NCBI RefSeq assembly: GCF_018977255.1
Contig: NW_024704743.1
Location: 62,436,001 to 62,500,000, forward strand
DNA length: 64,000 nucleotides
Direction of reading: 5' to 3'
From: Callorhinchus milii
Lineage: Eukaryota
Position numbers and translations under genes: made by a program
Shown: positions 39,128 through 51,649 of the stretch, piece by piece
How the letters are laid out: the number at the start of each line of letters is the position of its first letter
Numbering within the stretch: the stretch's first letter is position 1
Notes under the pieces: model-generated
The model's input: only the letters and a program-made list of their open reading frames with translations
What the model was told of the DNA's origin: nothing
The model's database searches: none

Positions 39128-42100
39128 TTTGTGTCAGGGCCAAATGGCTTCCTGCTAAGATGGAAACTTTCTATAAATCCATGAAAATTAATTTGAAGAG
39201 TTGTACATTACCCTCAAATCAACTGCAGGTCTCTTCATAACCAAATAAACACACTGGAGTCGTTCTTAAAAATATATTTCACATCACGGATTATGTTACT
39301 CAGATAACTATTTGTAAGTAATAGAATACCCAGAATTAACCTACATTTGTTCCTGCTAAATCTAAATGCATGGCTAGCAAAATATGCATTTGTTTTCAAT
39401 TGTAGGTATGTACCAAAGTTCCACAATTTCAGTGTTTCTTTTTTAAGGTTGCAGTAGAAACGTTTTGCCCACAAATGTACAGTCAATTCACTTTACAGTA
39501 TATTCTGTGAAGCACTTTGAGACGTCTAGAAGACATGAAAAGCGCTATATCAAATTCAAGGATTATTATTATTGTTAAATATTTGCAATGCATAAATTGT
39601 ATTCCTTGGAAAATTACCAGGAATAGTCTCCTAACTTAGTATACATTGTAAATTCCTAAGAAGTATTCATTAACTCCAAATAAACCTCTGCCTCTCCTAT
39701 TCAGATACTTAATACGGTGGCTTCATTCTGTCTTAAAAAACTGAGGATTCTTGGAACAAGGCCTAGATAGAATGCAGAAACATTATATAACTTTTTATTT
39801 GTGAATAGAATTAAATCCATACTCACATCAACAGCTTACACAGTATTCATACTGTCAGTACTCTGATTTGTATCGATTCAACCTAATTTTGTTATGGATA
39901 CATTTCCCAGAAATGTTTATTTTCAGATCAGATCTGTATATTGAACGTAAATTGAGACATCACAGTATTTGAAAATGCTGTTGGCATTGTGCTGAATGGA
40001 TCACTTCTTATTAGACTGTAAATCTTTCAATGTTAAATTCTGCTACTCAGTCTGATTTTCAAATGACACACAAAATACAGTCAATCCACTTAACATCATA
40101 TTTTGTGAAGCATTTTGAGACATCTTGACAACATGATGAGGCACTATATCAAATATAAGGATTATTATAGAGCTCTCCCTATACATGATCCCTTTCACTA
40201 GGAACACACATTTCAAATGTACAACAACATGCATTTCTATAGCACCCTTCATAACAAGTAGCATCTCAGAGAACTAAAAATAGGTGTAGTTTGATGCTGA
40301 GCCGGAAGAAAGGGGAATAGTCAAAAAGAAAAGTCTGCAGGTGCGAGCTGAAGATTAAGAGTTCCAGAGTTTTGGGGTGCCGTGGCCCCAATGGTGGGAG
40401 GAGGAGTCGAGGAATGTGCACAAGGTCCAAAGTGACCAAGCGAATTGGTTGATAGAGGAGTGAGATATGAGCAGGTTAGAGAGGTAGGGAGGCGAGCGTG
40501 AGGACCTTGAGTCAATCCAATCTGCAACTGAGAGCTGGTGAAGCCTGGCAAGGACTGGGGTGATCAGGATGCATAATTTGGTACAAGGACCTACCCTTCA
40601 TGAAGGCCATGCAATAAATGCAAGTTGTTGTTGCCTCAAAGTATTTATTTTATCTGGGGGATTGTTGGCCAGGATACTGGGAGGAATCCATTCTCTTTTT
40701 GGATGGTTCTATGGGATCTTTAACATCCACTTGAATTAAATAGAAATAACAAACATTTTGGTAATCCGTCAGTATTACTTGACTATGGACAATCTAGTAC
40801 ACATACCTCTATATCTAACATTACTGCTCCTTCATGATCAGCTGGCATAGGGGATCAGTGGATCCGTGCATATATATTTCCTTCCCCTGAGAAGTCATTT
40901 TTCTGTAGCGTACAGGACAAAAAACCTACTCTGTTTCCATATTAGTCTGAACTGGGATTGAAACGTATTTGTGACTGCTCGGTTGGTGGTTCACTGTTGT
41001 GCCATAAAGTTAATAAGACAGCTCCACTTCTGCCACTGTTAATTTGTCCTCAAAGAACGCAGTACAATACAGACAGCAAACAGACTTAAAGCTTGCATGT
41101 GCAGCATTATGTAGGATCATTGTTTTTCCTGCTGGAGTTCCATCATTCCTCGAGGAAAATTATTGGAAAGTCAATTCAGCAAAACTGAAAAGTAATTATT
41201 GTGCTTCTGCATACTACTCCATCTAGGACTTTCAAGTCAGGTACAGTAAAATCCCAGCCACTTGTAATGGATTTCTTCCTGGAGTTTTAATAACTAGGGA
41301 AGATTGTTTTCAAAGGCTTTGAGAGCTAATATTTTACGTTTAGAGGTTTGCTTTGTAAGTAGCAGACAGGCTGGAGAATCCATCATGCTTTCAATTGCAC
41401 CCATTGTGCATTGTCAAAATTTGCAGAGAAATCTAGAGGTTTTTATGTGGTGTAGTGTGTTCAGCTGCCCAATGTATCTGTTACTTAAGTAGCAATGGAA
41501 GAATTCTTAACAGTTGAACAGTTTTCTCTCTGGCATGAAATTTGTTAAATGAGTACTGCACTGTTAGTGACCCGGATGCTCAGTAAATCAATGAGAACAG
41601 AAGTTAACAAAAGGTGTGCTTCTCAGTGAAATTGTACTGGTAAAGATATCCCAAACACCACCTTGGGTTGGTCGTGGTGGGCAATAAGCATGTTTTCTTG
41701 GAGCTGAGTAATTCCCAAGGTGATGAAATATTGGAATTGGGTCAACTGTGGCAGCCTCATTGTTTGGTTCTGAGGCAGGTGGGACCGCAGTACTCCAGGG
41801 TACGTTGACACTCCAGTATCTCGACGACATGGTAAGGCGCTGTATCAAATGCAAGAATTATTATTATAACCCATTTATTTCGCTGGGTTCAGTGAAAGTG
41901 GAACAGCTGAAATTGAGTGTATTTTGGTGATGTTCTGTATTAGATTATCAAACCAATCCGTTACGGATGTAAATAAAGTGCAAAAGTTTCAAACACAAAG
42001 GCATTAGATTCTTTGCTGCCCAGTATGCCTGTCTAAAATATAATTATCCATTCAGCTGTATGTAACATTCAACAGGATGCCTGAGGCAGAAATGAAATAT

Positions 42101-42248
42101 CTTTCCTGATTACATGAAGTAATGTGATCAATTTCATTTATAATTATAGCCTTAGAGTACACTAATCACAAGCCTTACACAGAATTTCAATGTTATGTTT
42201 CACCTGTTGCATTAATATTTTGTTAATTAATGCATGAAAATGGGTGTT

Positions 42249-42569
42249 ATAATAATAATGATAATCCTTGCATTTGATATAGCGCTTTTCACGTCAGGAG
42301 GACGTCCCAAAGCGCTTCACAGAACACACTGTAAAGTGAATTGACTGTATATTTGTGGGCAAATGCGGCAGCCAATTTCGCATAGCAATGTCCCACAAAC
42401 AGTCGTAGATTGAAAATGACCAATTTATTATTGCTTTTGGTTTTGGAGGATTATTATTAGGCTCTGTGTGGAGTAAGGAAACTTGCCCAAGGTTTCGCCC
42501 TCTGCCTGGAATTGAACTCAGGTCACTCACTTGCAAAGCGAGTGCTCTAACCACTGAGCTACAGGACTC
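42249..42569 (-). mobile_element. Young SINE
   Basis: Full-length family match. Confidence 0.93.
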
Positions 42570-43636
42570 TTAACCACGCGGGTGTTGTGGTTAAGATCAG
42601 TATTATTACGTGATAAGAGACTGCAAAACACAAAAATAGAAATTGCCATTACAAAGTAGTTATTAATCGCTAATTTATTGTAAAAGAACAAGGAAGGAGT
42701 ATATGATGTCTCTCTGACATGATAAATCATAGATCATTTTGTTAATGAAAGTAATGCCACAAGGATTGAGCAATTTCAAGTTGCCTGCAGGAATACTCAT
42801 TTCTTCCACTGATATTCAATTATCAGTTGACTGATGTTTAGTTATCTCATCTGTGGCCTCTAGTTATATTTATATGTAAAATCTGTAACACTAGCAGACA
42901 GATTATACATTATGTGTTCTAATTGGCTGGCCAGCAGGCAGTCATGTATGTTGTTTTGTCCACTAATCTCATGACACCCTTGTCAACAGCTTCTATTCTG
43001 AATGGTTGAAAAAGCTGAAAAAAGTACCATAAAAGAGGGACTCTCGCCCTCAAATTTAAGGAAAAAAAACTTTCTGATCTACATAGGATTGTATTTGATT
43101 GATTTACTTTGCTTAAACTATTTATAAACATACGCAGAAAGCTGTTATATAAAATAAAAACTTTACAGCCCTCTGGACAGCCCGACAGTGCGAACAGCCC
43201 AGGGGGCTACACCGGGATGGACAGCCCGGTCGGTGCCCACTGCAGCAGGGTGGGACGCTCTGTGCCCTGTGAGGGACAAACGGATACCTGTATCTGGGAA
43301 TCTGTCACAGCATCACTGCATTTAGCCAGCTTCCCTGCAGATTGTAAAACAAGCCCAGCTTACAAATCAAGATTGAAGACTTAGTGCCCCCTGCAGCCAG
43401 GTGGGCAACACAGCGCCCACCACGGCCAGGCAGGTAGCACGGTGCCCGACATGGCCAGGCAGACAGCACGGTGCCACCGCAGCAGTGGGCACCATGCTGT
43501 TGGCATGGCTGCACAGTGGGCACCGTACTGCAATTAGCTTTGCTGGAGTATTAATGTCCTAAAATGTTTCTTCCCCCTCCCCCCAGGCAGCAAATTCTCT
43601 CCTCTCCTTTTCTGAAGATGCCATCTCTGCCTGGTA

Positions 43637-45487
43637 TCTATCTTCTTGTATTTAAACTAATAAAGCGACAACGTCTGTCTGTGCGTCAGCCAAGATCTCA
43701 ATAACAAACTGACGTACAGACATGATTTTATACCTCATCGGAGAGGCCTTGCATTTGGGAATGTCAGGAGCCACCTGAACCCCTGTAAAGTCTGCTGGAT
43801 GGCACATCAAGTGATTCTAAGCATTTTCTTGCAAACCTTGGGAAATATAATTTACGCTTCCAGATGACCATTTTTGGCGCAACTAGAGAAATTAAACAGC
43901 CAGGCTATATGCCAACATTTAAAGTGCAAGGACAAGTATATCACTTATCGGGATCCCTAAACACTTTGCCTAATGAGTCGCCAAAATTCTTACAGATCTA
44001 CTTCATGACGAACCGAGAAGATCAAGCCATGCAGTGTGGAAGCAATGTTCTAGGGTTGAATACAGCCCTTATACTGGAAGACATGCTTCACAACAGTAAC
44101 ACATAGGTCAGGAGCTTCAAGTCCACAATGGAAAGAATGACTGCAGAAGAATATAGAATAATCATCCATGCAGACAAACACCTACTGGCCAGCATGAACG
44201 ACGGTACAATGCACCAACAACTGACAAAGCACCCGGCCTGATTGTAGGTGAAGTACATGGTAAGCGGGACATTGTGTTGCAGCAATGTGATAACAAACTC
44301 AAGAGTGTGTGAGACTAACAGGGCATACGATGCCCTCCAGTACCCAAACCTATTCCCACATGGTGAAGGTGGCTACCATTTCCAGATTATGGCAAACAAA
44401 TCCCAGGACTAGACAGTCAACTCCTGACTAAAAAGGTGTCTGCTAAGGCTCTTTATGCACACAGGTTGATGCAACGTGAGGGCCATCAATTCATTGTAGA
44501 CATATATGCCAAGATGGAAGCTGAGAGACTCCTTTTTTTCCTGCATGAACCAGAAGAAACTCAGAGCTGAGGAGTATACATTCATTTGCAGGACGCACTT
44601 ATAAACAATGGTGATGCCAGCAACGTAAGTCAATTGGTCAGCTTGCCATCCAGTTTCACTGGGGGGGCCACAGTTTATCCATAAAAGAACCCAGGATGCA
44701 TTGCGCTATGTGCGAGAGTACAGTCGACCTAACCTGTTCATCACATTCACCTACAACCGTAATTGGGAGATCAAGCAGGAACTGTTGGGTGGACAGAAGC
44801 CAAAGGACTGCCATGATCTTATAGCCAGGGTTTTCCACCTCAGTGTTTTTAAACTGATGGAGCTCATCATCAAAAATCATGTCTTTGGCAAAGTCTGTTG
44901 CTACCTTTACACAATTGAGTGGCAAAAGCATGGTCTTCCCCATGCACACATTCTTCTGTGGCTCAACGGAAAAATACAGCCTAACTAAATCAATAATGTC
45001 ATCTATGCAGAACAGCCAAACCCAGACCTTATGCTCTTTGAAATCATAAAGAAACACAAGATTCATGGCCCATGTGGATAATTCAACAGAATCTCACTGC
45101 ACGAAAGATGGGTCCAGCTCAAAGCAATATCCAAGGAGCTTTGTACAGAAGATACAAACGGGTCATGATGGGCATCCTTTGTACAGGCGGAGGTCAACTG
45201 GAGGTGGTGGATTCCATGCAGTACTGACAAACAACAGGTGGAACCATTGGGTTGTTCCATACAATCCCTCTCGGCTCTTCAATGATCACATCAATGTCGA
45301 GTTTTGCAACTCTGTTAAGAGCATCAAATATGTGTGCAAATATGTGAACAAGGGATGCGACATGGCTGTGTATGGACTTTAGAGGGAAGAAGCCCGAAGT
45401 GATACGATACCTTACTACCAGATGGGACAATATGTGAGCACCAATGAAGCAATCTGAAGAACTTCGGGCTTCCACATACATGATCGA
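43637..45487 (+). mobile_element. Decayed Helitron: 5' terminus plus Rep (HUH) region, no helicase
   Basis: Frameshifted Rep motifs: PPEPL..SKHFL..FQMT, MPTFKVQGQVYH, PKFLQIYF, RPNLFITFT, IEWQKHGLPHAHILLWL, HINVEFCNSVKSIKYVCKYVNKG. A|TC start followed by a Helitron-like 5' sequence. Confidence 0.92.
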
Positions 45488-45489
45488 CA

Positions 45490-46465
45490 GTTTTGACCAG
45501 AATTGTATGCTGTATTCAGTGTGATGTATGCAGTCTGACCAGTGCACTGTACAGCCTGAGTATGATGTCTAGGGATCTAAACTGAACTGATTTAGCAATA
45601 TAGCCCAGCATCCTGTTTGCCTTGATCATTGCAGACTTGACTGTTTTGACATAGTGAGTGATGAGTCAACTAACATCCCTAGATCTCTTTCAGCTTCCTC
45701 TTTGGTATTTTGTCAAATGCCTTTTGGAAATCTATATTCCTATATATTCCTACATCATTTGGATTCCCACAGTCAATTTGGGCTCAAAAATGTCTGGTAG
45801 ATTAGTCAGACAAGACCTACCCTTTATGAATCTGTGTTGGCTGTCATTAATTAGATTATTTTTATTTGGATAATCTTTCTGATGATTGACTCCATATTTT
45901 TTTCCCTATTATTGAGTTCAGGCTAATTGGTCTCTACTTGCCAGGTTTAGTTTTGTCATCCTTCTTGAATATGGGAACAGCGTCTACATGCTTCCAGTCT
46001 GTTGGAACCTCTCCAGCCCAGATTGACTCACTCATAATGTCTGGAGGTGCTGCACAAATGTCCTGCCTTGTCTTCCTAAGAACACTGGATTACAGTTCAT
46101 CTGTCCCAGGAGATTTGATAGTTTTGAGCCCTTGAGCTTATTCAGTATCTCAGCCTCCTCTATATTAAGGTCCTCGAGCTCAAACAATGTTTGTTGGCTA
46201 TTGGAGGCATGTTTTTAATGTGCTCCCTGGTAAAAAAAAACCTCCAGGAAGTAGATATTTAATATGTTTGCTCTCTCTTGTTCATTCTGCTTTTCAACCC
46301 CATTTGAATCCCTTAGGGCTTTATTTAACATGTTCCCTGACTACCCTCTTACTTTTGTAATATTGATAGAATTTTGGGGGTTTATGTTTTGTACTTATTG
46401 TTATGTCCCTTATCAATTTGTCTCTTTGCTTCTCTATTCTCTTTTTAACCTCTTTCTTACAAAAG
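45490..46465 (-). mobile_element. Decayed CR1 fragment abutting the Helitron
   Basis: Resembles the 32369-33815 CR1 (cagcatcctgtttgcctt; agattagtcagacaagacctaccctt; ggtctctacttgccagg). Confidence 0.7.
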
Positions 46466-46474
46466 GTAATCAAA

Positions 46475-46964
46475 TGCTGTGATTCTACATCTATTGTACA
46501 GGGGTCAATGCGGGCAACATGTAATCAAATGAACTCTGTAAAAGTCGTTTCTTTCCTGCTCTACCATTATGTCATTAATAATGGCACTTGCAATCTGTTT
46601 CACTTCTCATTGATTCTCTTCAGTTGGTTTACGTTTTCACTGGAGCACTGATACTAGTGTTAATGTGGCTCCTTGTTACGTAACTGTAGCCCAATTCTCC
46701 TCCTGAATGTCATGTGCACTTAAACTGTGGCCGGCTAGACTAAAGGTTTCCTTTTATTGAAGGGCCATAACTTCAATGGTCAATATATCCTGAATAGGAC
46801 CCCATTAACTATGTTTCATTAAATGCTCTGCAGTTTCTGTAATGGCAGCGTGCAATTCTTTATTATAATGTAGTTCTACATACTCATCCTCAGCAGTTTC
46901 AACATAAGATAAAGCTACATGTTGCCCGCATTGACCCCTGTACAATAGATGCAGAATCACAGCA
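46475..46964. repeat. 49-bp inverted repeat pair
   Basis: 46475-46523 versus 46916-46964, 1 mismatch. Confidence 0.95.
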
Positions 46965-47241
46965 GATCCCCAAATATACATTTCATCATCTTCACACAAA
47001 TTTGTCATTTCTGTTTTTGGAGAACAGACCAGTATCTATTTCATGTCAAGGTTCGTCTGTGCAATGACATGCCTAGGAGTGCTTTGTGAAGTATAATGGA
47101 CATGGAAAATCCTATTACTTCCAATTCATAATGGTAAAGATTTTATGAGCTAGTCTTCAATTTGGTAGAATATGTAATTGCTGAAAATATATTTTGTTGT
47201 CTTCAAAAACATCATTTTACTGTTTGAATTGAATTCTGCTT

Positions 47242-47550
47242 AGGACCTGGGTTCGATTCCTGGCACGCGAAAAAGTTAGGCAAGTTTCCTTACTCTACAT
47301 GTCTTTATTTATCTAGCAATAAGTGGGAACCCAGTTGTTAGTTGATTGCCGGATCGCTTTTCCGGGGATAATAATCCATTCAAAAAAAAATATACGACTT
47401 TTTGTGGAGCACTGCAGTGCGCAATTGGCTGCCATGTTTCGCATGCAAAATATACAGTCAATTCACTTTACAGTATATTCTATGAAGCGCTTTAAGACGT
47501 CTCGAAGATATGATAAGGCACTATATCAAATGCAAGGATTATTATTATTA
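47242..47550 (+). mobile_element. Older long-form SINE
   Basis: B box through to the (ATT)n tail. Confidence 0.85.
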
Positions 47551-48261
47551 TCGGAAAGTTCTCAAATCGCATTCTGTATTGTAATTTTGGTACAATGTTA
47601 CACAGAATTACGTATAATGATACAGAGAGTATTTTTTTGCTTAATATTTGTTTCCGTTGTAGGCTTAGTTACGAAGGAGAAATAAAATCTGGTCTCTGCT
47701 AAATCAGAAACAAAGTTCTAATGATGGACATTTAATGAATAACATCAGGTCTAACTCATTCAATGTCCTATTCTTAGGTCATCAAATCCACTATTTATTT
47801 TACTGTAATTTGAGCATAATCATAGAAACATTTATAAAATAGTTACTACACTTTATAGTAAATCTTTGAAGTGCTTTGCGACATCCTCCTGGCATGAAAG
47901 ACATCACATAAAATGCAAGGATTATTATTAAAATGACTACAACAACAACAATAACTTGCACGTATATAGCACCCTCAACCCAGGGTGGTGTCTCAGAGCA
48001 CTTAAGAGTTCTGAGACTACTATCAAAATATTGTTGTTATATCTTCGGGCCTCTGGCTTCCATTTCCAAATATCCCTAAATGGTAGCCAGTTTTCTAAAG
48101 ATATTAAAGAACAGAAAGTGCTTCAAGTTGCAGTAAAATACAGAATTTTTAAAAAATCTTTGCATTAGATATAGTGCCTTTTACGTCAAGAGATTGTCAC
48201 ATAATTTACTGTGAAGTTGAATGACCATGTGTTCGTAGAATCAATGCGGTAGAGCAATGAT

Positions 48262-48905
48262 CCTCTAGCATTGACTCCAGGTCCGCCGATGTTCTATCAA
48301 CTTGCTTGGGAAACATCAGAGCCTGGATGACAGCAACTTCCTGCAGCTGAAAATGGACAAGACGGAAGCCATACACTTTGGCTCCCATCAATGTCTTCAC
48401 ACCTGAGGATCTCAACCTCCCCGGGCTCTCCCTCAGAATCACCAAACAAGTGCACAAACTAGGCGTCCGGTTGGACCCCCAGCTGTCCTTCCCCCCTCAC
48501 ATCCGGTCCCTGACTAGGTCCGCCTTCCTCCACTTCCACCACATTGCATGCCTCCGACCGTACCTTACCCCAAATGCAGCTGAAAACCTTGTGCATGCGT
48601 TTGTCACCTCCCGCCTGGATTACTCAAACGCACTCCTCGCTGGTCTCCCCAACTCCATTATTCAAAAGATCCAGCTCATTCAGAACTCTGCTGCCCGCAT
48701 ATTTACCCAGACCAAACTCCGTACCCCCATCTCACCAGTTCTGGCCAGACTCCCCATCACCCATGGATCAACTTCAAGATCCTCACACTCGTATTCAAAT
48801 CCCTTCTCTCTCTGGCAACTCCCTACCCCTCTGACCTCCTCACTCCCCAATCCACCATCTGAGGCCTTTCGCTCGACTGGCACTGGCCTCCTGTGAATTT
48901 CAGGG
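48262..48905 (+). mobile_element. L2 fragment
   Basis: LDPQLSF...VHAFVTSRLDYSNALLAG...IQNSAAR. Confidence 0.85.
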
Positions 48906-49825
48906 GCATACTGTACTATCCTGTACGACCCCGAGCGTGCTTGAGATGCGGACAGGTGGGCCACTACTTTGCAGCCTGCACACAGACTGTGTGTTGGAAC
49001 TGAAAAAGTTTTGGTCACTTGGCAAAAGAGTGCCCGACAAGCAAAAGGTGTGACCTGTGCGGTGAAGCGGGACACCTTTACCACACTTACCCAAGGAGGA
49101 GTGGACAGAAACCAGTCCAGACCCATCACCCCAGAGACCAGTTGAGGCAGCAGGTAATAGAGGGAAAGCTGGTAATCACACAAAAAGGGATACTGCAGCA
49201 CAACAAAGTCTAAGGTGAGTCTACGCAGATTAACAAAAAAGGAGATACGAACAACTTGTATGAGGAGGGAACCGGAAACAGAAGGAAAGAATAAACGTTT
49301 GGTCGGGGGTCCTGCCAGCTCTCCCAAAGGCATTGGATATAGATCCGAGCAGGAGAAGGGAAAAGCAGGGGACAAGGAAAAGGTGGTAAGTATAGGGTAA
49401 GATGTCATTGAAGATAGGTATCCTGAACGTGCGCAGTGTATATGATAAAACGCGCTGTGTTGGGACACTCCAGTACCTGTCCAAGATAAAGGCCGATGTT
49501 CTGTTCCAGTAATGGTGGATCCTGCAGTCCGACAGCTACAGAGCCTGGTCCAAGTGGTGGGATTCTTACGGACCCTCTGCGTGGTCCGGGGGCAGTGACA
49601 GCTGTGGCCCTGGAGTGCCAGTCCTACTGTGGGGGAAGAACCTCACTATCACTGACCGTAAGGAGGTGGTGAGGGGGAAACTCCTTGTGGTGGATGTTCT
49701 GTATAACGGAGCTCCGATCAGGCTTACTAATGTGTGCACCCCAACAGGGAAGAATGAATGCCTGGGCCTGTTCCAGATACTTTCTCCTATGTTGGTCACA
49801 TCCAGACCAGTGATTCTAGGAGGGG
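48906..49825 (+). mobile_element. Tx1/L1-clade LINE fragment (ORF1 zinc knuckles and ORF2 APE endonuclease start)
   Basis: GHLAKECPTSKRCDLCGEAGHLY (CCHC knuckles). ORF2 from ATG 49402 reads MSLKIGILNVRSV...ADVLFQ...SAWSGG...IRLTNV...PVILGG, with a stop. Confidence 0.85.
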
Positions 49826-49854
49826 CCTTTTTTTTATTCATCCACTCAACACCC

Positions 49855-50485
49855 ATAATAATAATAATCCTTGCATTTGATATAGCGCTTTTCACGTCTC
49901 CTAGACGTCCCAAAGCGCTTCACAGAATATACTGTAAAGTGAATTGACTGTATATTTGTGGGCGAACGTGGCAGCCAATTGCGCACAGCAGTGTCCTATA
50001 AACAGTCGTAGATTGAAAATGACCAATTTATCATTTGGTTTGTGTTTTGTTTTGGAGGGATTATTATTAGGCGTGTGGAGTAAGGAAACTTGGAGTCTGT
50101 AGCTCAGTGGTTAGAGCAATCGCTTTGCAAGTGAGAGACCTGAGTTCAATTCCAGACAGGGCGAAACCTTGGGCAAGTTTCCTTACTCCACACACCTAAT
50201 AATAATCCCTCCAAAACCAAAAACAATAATAAAATTGGTCATTTTCAATCTGTTTGTGGGACATTGCTGTGCACAATTGGCTGCCACAAATATAGTCAAT
50301 TCACTTTACAGTGTGTTCTGTGAAGCGCTTTGGGACGTCCTCCCGACGTGAAAAGCGCTATATCAAATGCAAGGATTATTATTATTATTATATTATTACT
50401 TGCCCAAGGTTTCGCCCGGCCTGGAATTGAACTCAGGTCTCTTGCTTGCAAAGCGAGTGCTCTAACCACTGAGCTACAGGACTCC
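49855..50485 (-). mobile_element. Young SINE (49855-50091 and 50398-50485) interrupted by an antisense young SINE
   Basis: The host resumes at gcccaaggtttcgccc; actt(g) duplicated. Confidence 0.9.
50092..50397 (+). mobile_element. Young SINE (nested insert)
   Basis: GGAGTCTGTAGCTCAGTGGTTAGAGC head through to the (ATT)n tail. Confidence 0.92.
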
Positions 50486-51134
50486 CATCTCTTAGGTGTA
50501 GGAAGATTTAAAAAGTTCCAGGCCGAGGCGCTTTGTTGACTATGAAGTAGATGCGTGTTTTTTTCTGTTTTTTCTGTTATGGTTGTGTTTTTTTCTTACA
50601 CGAGGCAAGTGGAGTGTATTGTGCATATAGTTGCTTGGGGAACAAAAGGGCGCGGCCATTTGTGCTTTGTCACGGGTTTGAAATGTTTTTGGTTGGCGAA
50701 AGTTTTCTTTGTTCTGTCACGGGTGTGTTTTTATTATTATTATTATTATTATGAGGAAAACTGAATATATTTTTTACGTACCAAATAAATATATCTTGTG
50801 TATATATATATATATATATCGTTTAAAAAAAAGCGAGCTGAGAAAAAAGAGTTTTCGACACATTGAGTGGGGAGAGCATAACATGCGTGTTTACGTGCGT
50901 GTCAGGGGGAAACGTGTGAGAGCCCAGCACCTCTCCGCTCCCTGTACGTTCCCCGGAGCAGCTTACCCCCCACTGCAGTGACCACGAATTTATCGTAGCC
51001 TTTCCCCTGAGCCTTACAAAGTTCTGCGATTCTCATACAAATCTACAAGCTGTCCCACACGTTCCTCACGGGAATCAAAGCCAGCGCGCTTGATCAAATC
51101 AAATCAAAGCCTGATCAAATCACCAGCTTCCAAC

Positions 51135-51536
51135 AGTAATAATAATAATAATCCTTGCATTTGATATAGAGCTTTTCACGTCTTCTCGACGTCTCAGAGC
51201 GAATTGACTGTATAATAATAATAATAATAATCCTTGCATTTGATATAGCGCTTTTCACGTCGGGAGGACGTCCCAAAGCGCTTCACAGAATATACTGTAA
51301 AGTGAGTTGACTGTATATTTGTGGGCGAACGCGGCAGCCAAATGCGCACAGCAATGTCCCACAAACAGTCATAGATTGAAAATGACCAATTTATTATTGT
51401 TTTTGGTTTTGGAGGAATTATTATTAGGTGTGTGGAGTAAGGAAACTTGCCCAAGGTTTCGCCCTCTGCCTGGAATTGAACTCAGGTCTCTCACTTGCAA
51501 AGCGAGTGCTCTAACCACTGAGCTACAGGACTCCAC
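51135..51536 (-). mobile_element. Young SINE (51212-51536) plus an extra tail fragment (51135-51210)
   Basis: Family match. Confidence 0.9.
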
Positions 51537-51649
51537 GATATTTTATATTTTGTGTATATTTAATAGTGTATATTTTGTGAGCAATACCCGGCGGCCAATT
51601 AATCACATACCACCAATAGCCGTCAAGTAAAAGACCAACACAAAATAAT

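Noticed and set aside
46475..46964. MITE interpretation of the 49-bp inverted repeats
   Set aside because: No TSD outside the pair; the direct repeat flanks only the left arm.
46885..46997. Possible C/D snoRNA on the minus strand (ATGATGA...CTGA), loosely recalling SNORD123
   Set aside because: No terminal stem and only weak resemblance; an Rfam hit would be needed.
48680..49468. 262-aa minus-strand ORF
   Set aside because: Antisense across the L2 and Tx1-like fragments; no recognisable domain.
50092..50165. tRNA-like sequences
   Set aside because: They are SINE heads continuing into the SINE body; no standalone tRNA gene was seen.
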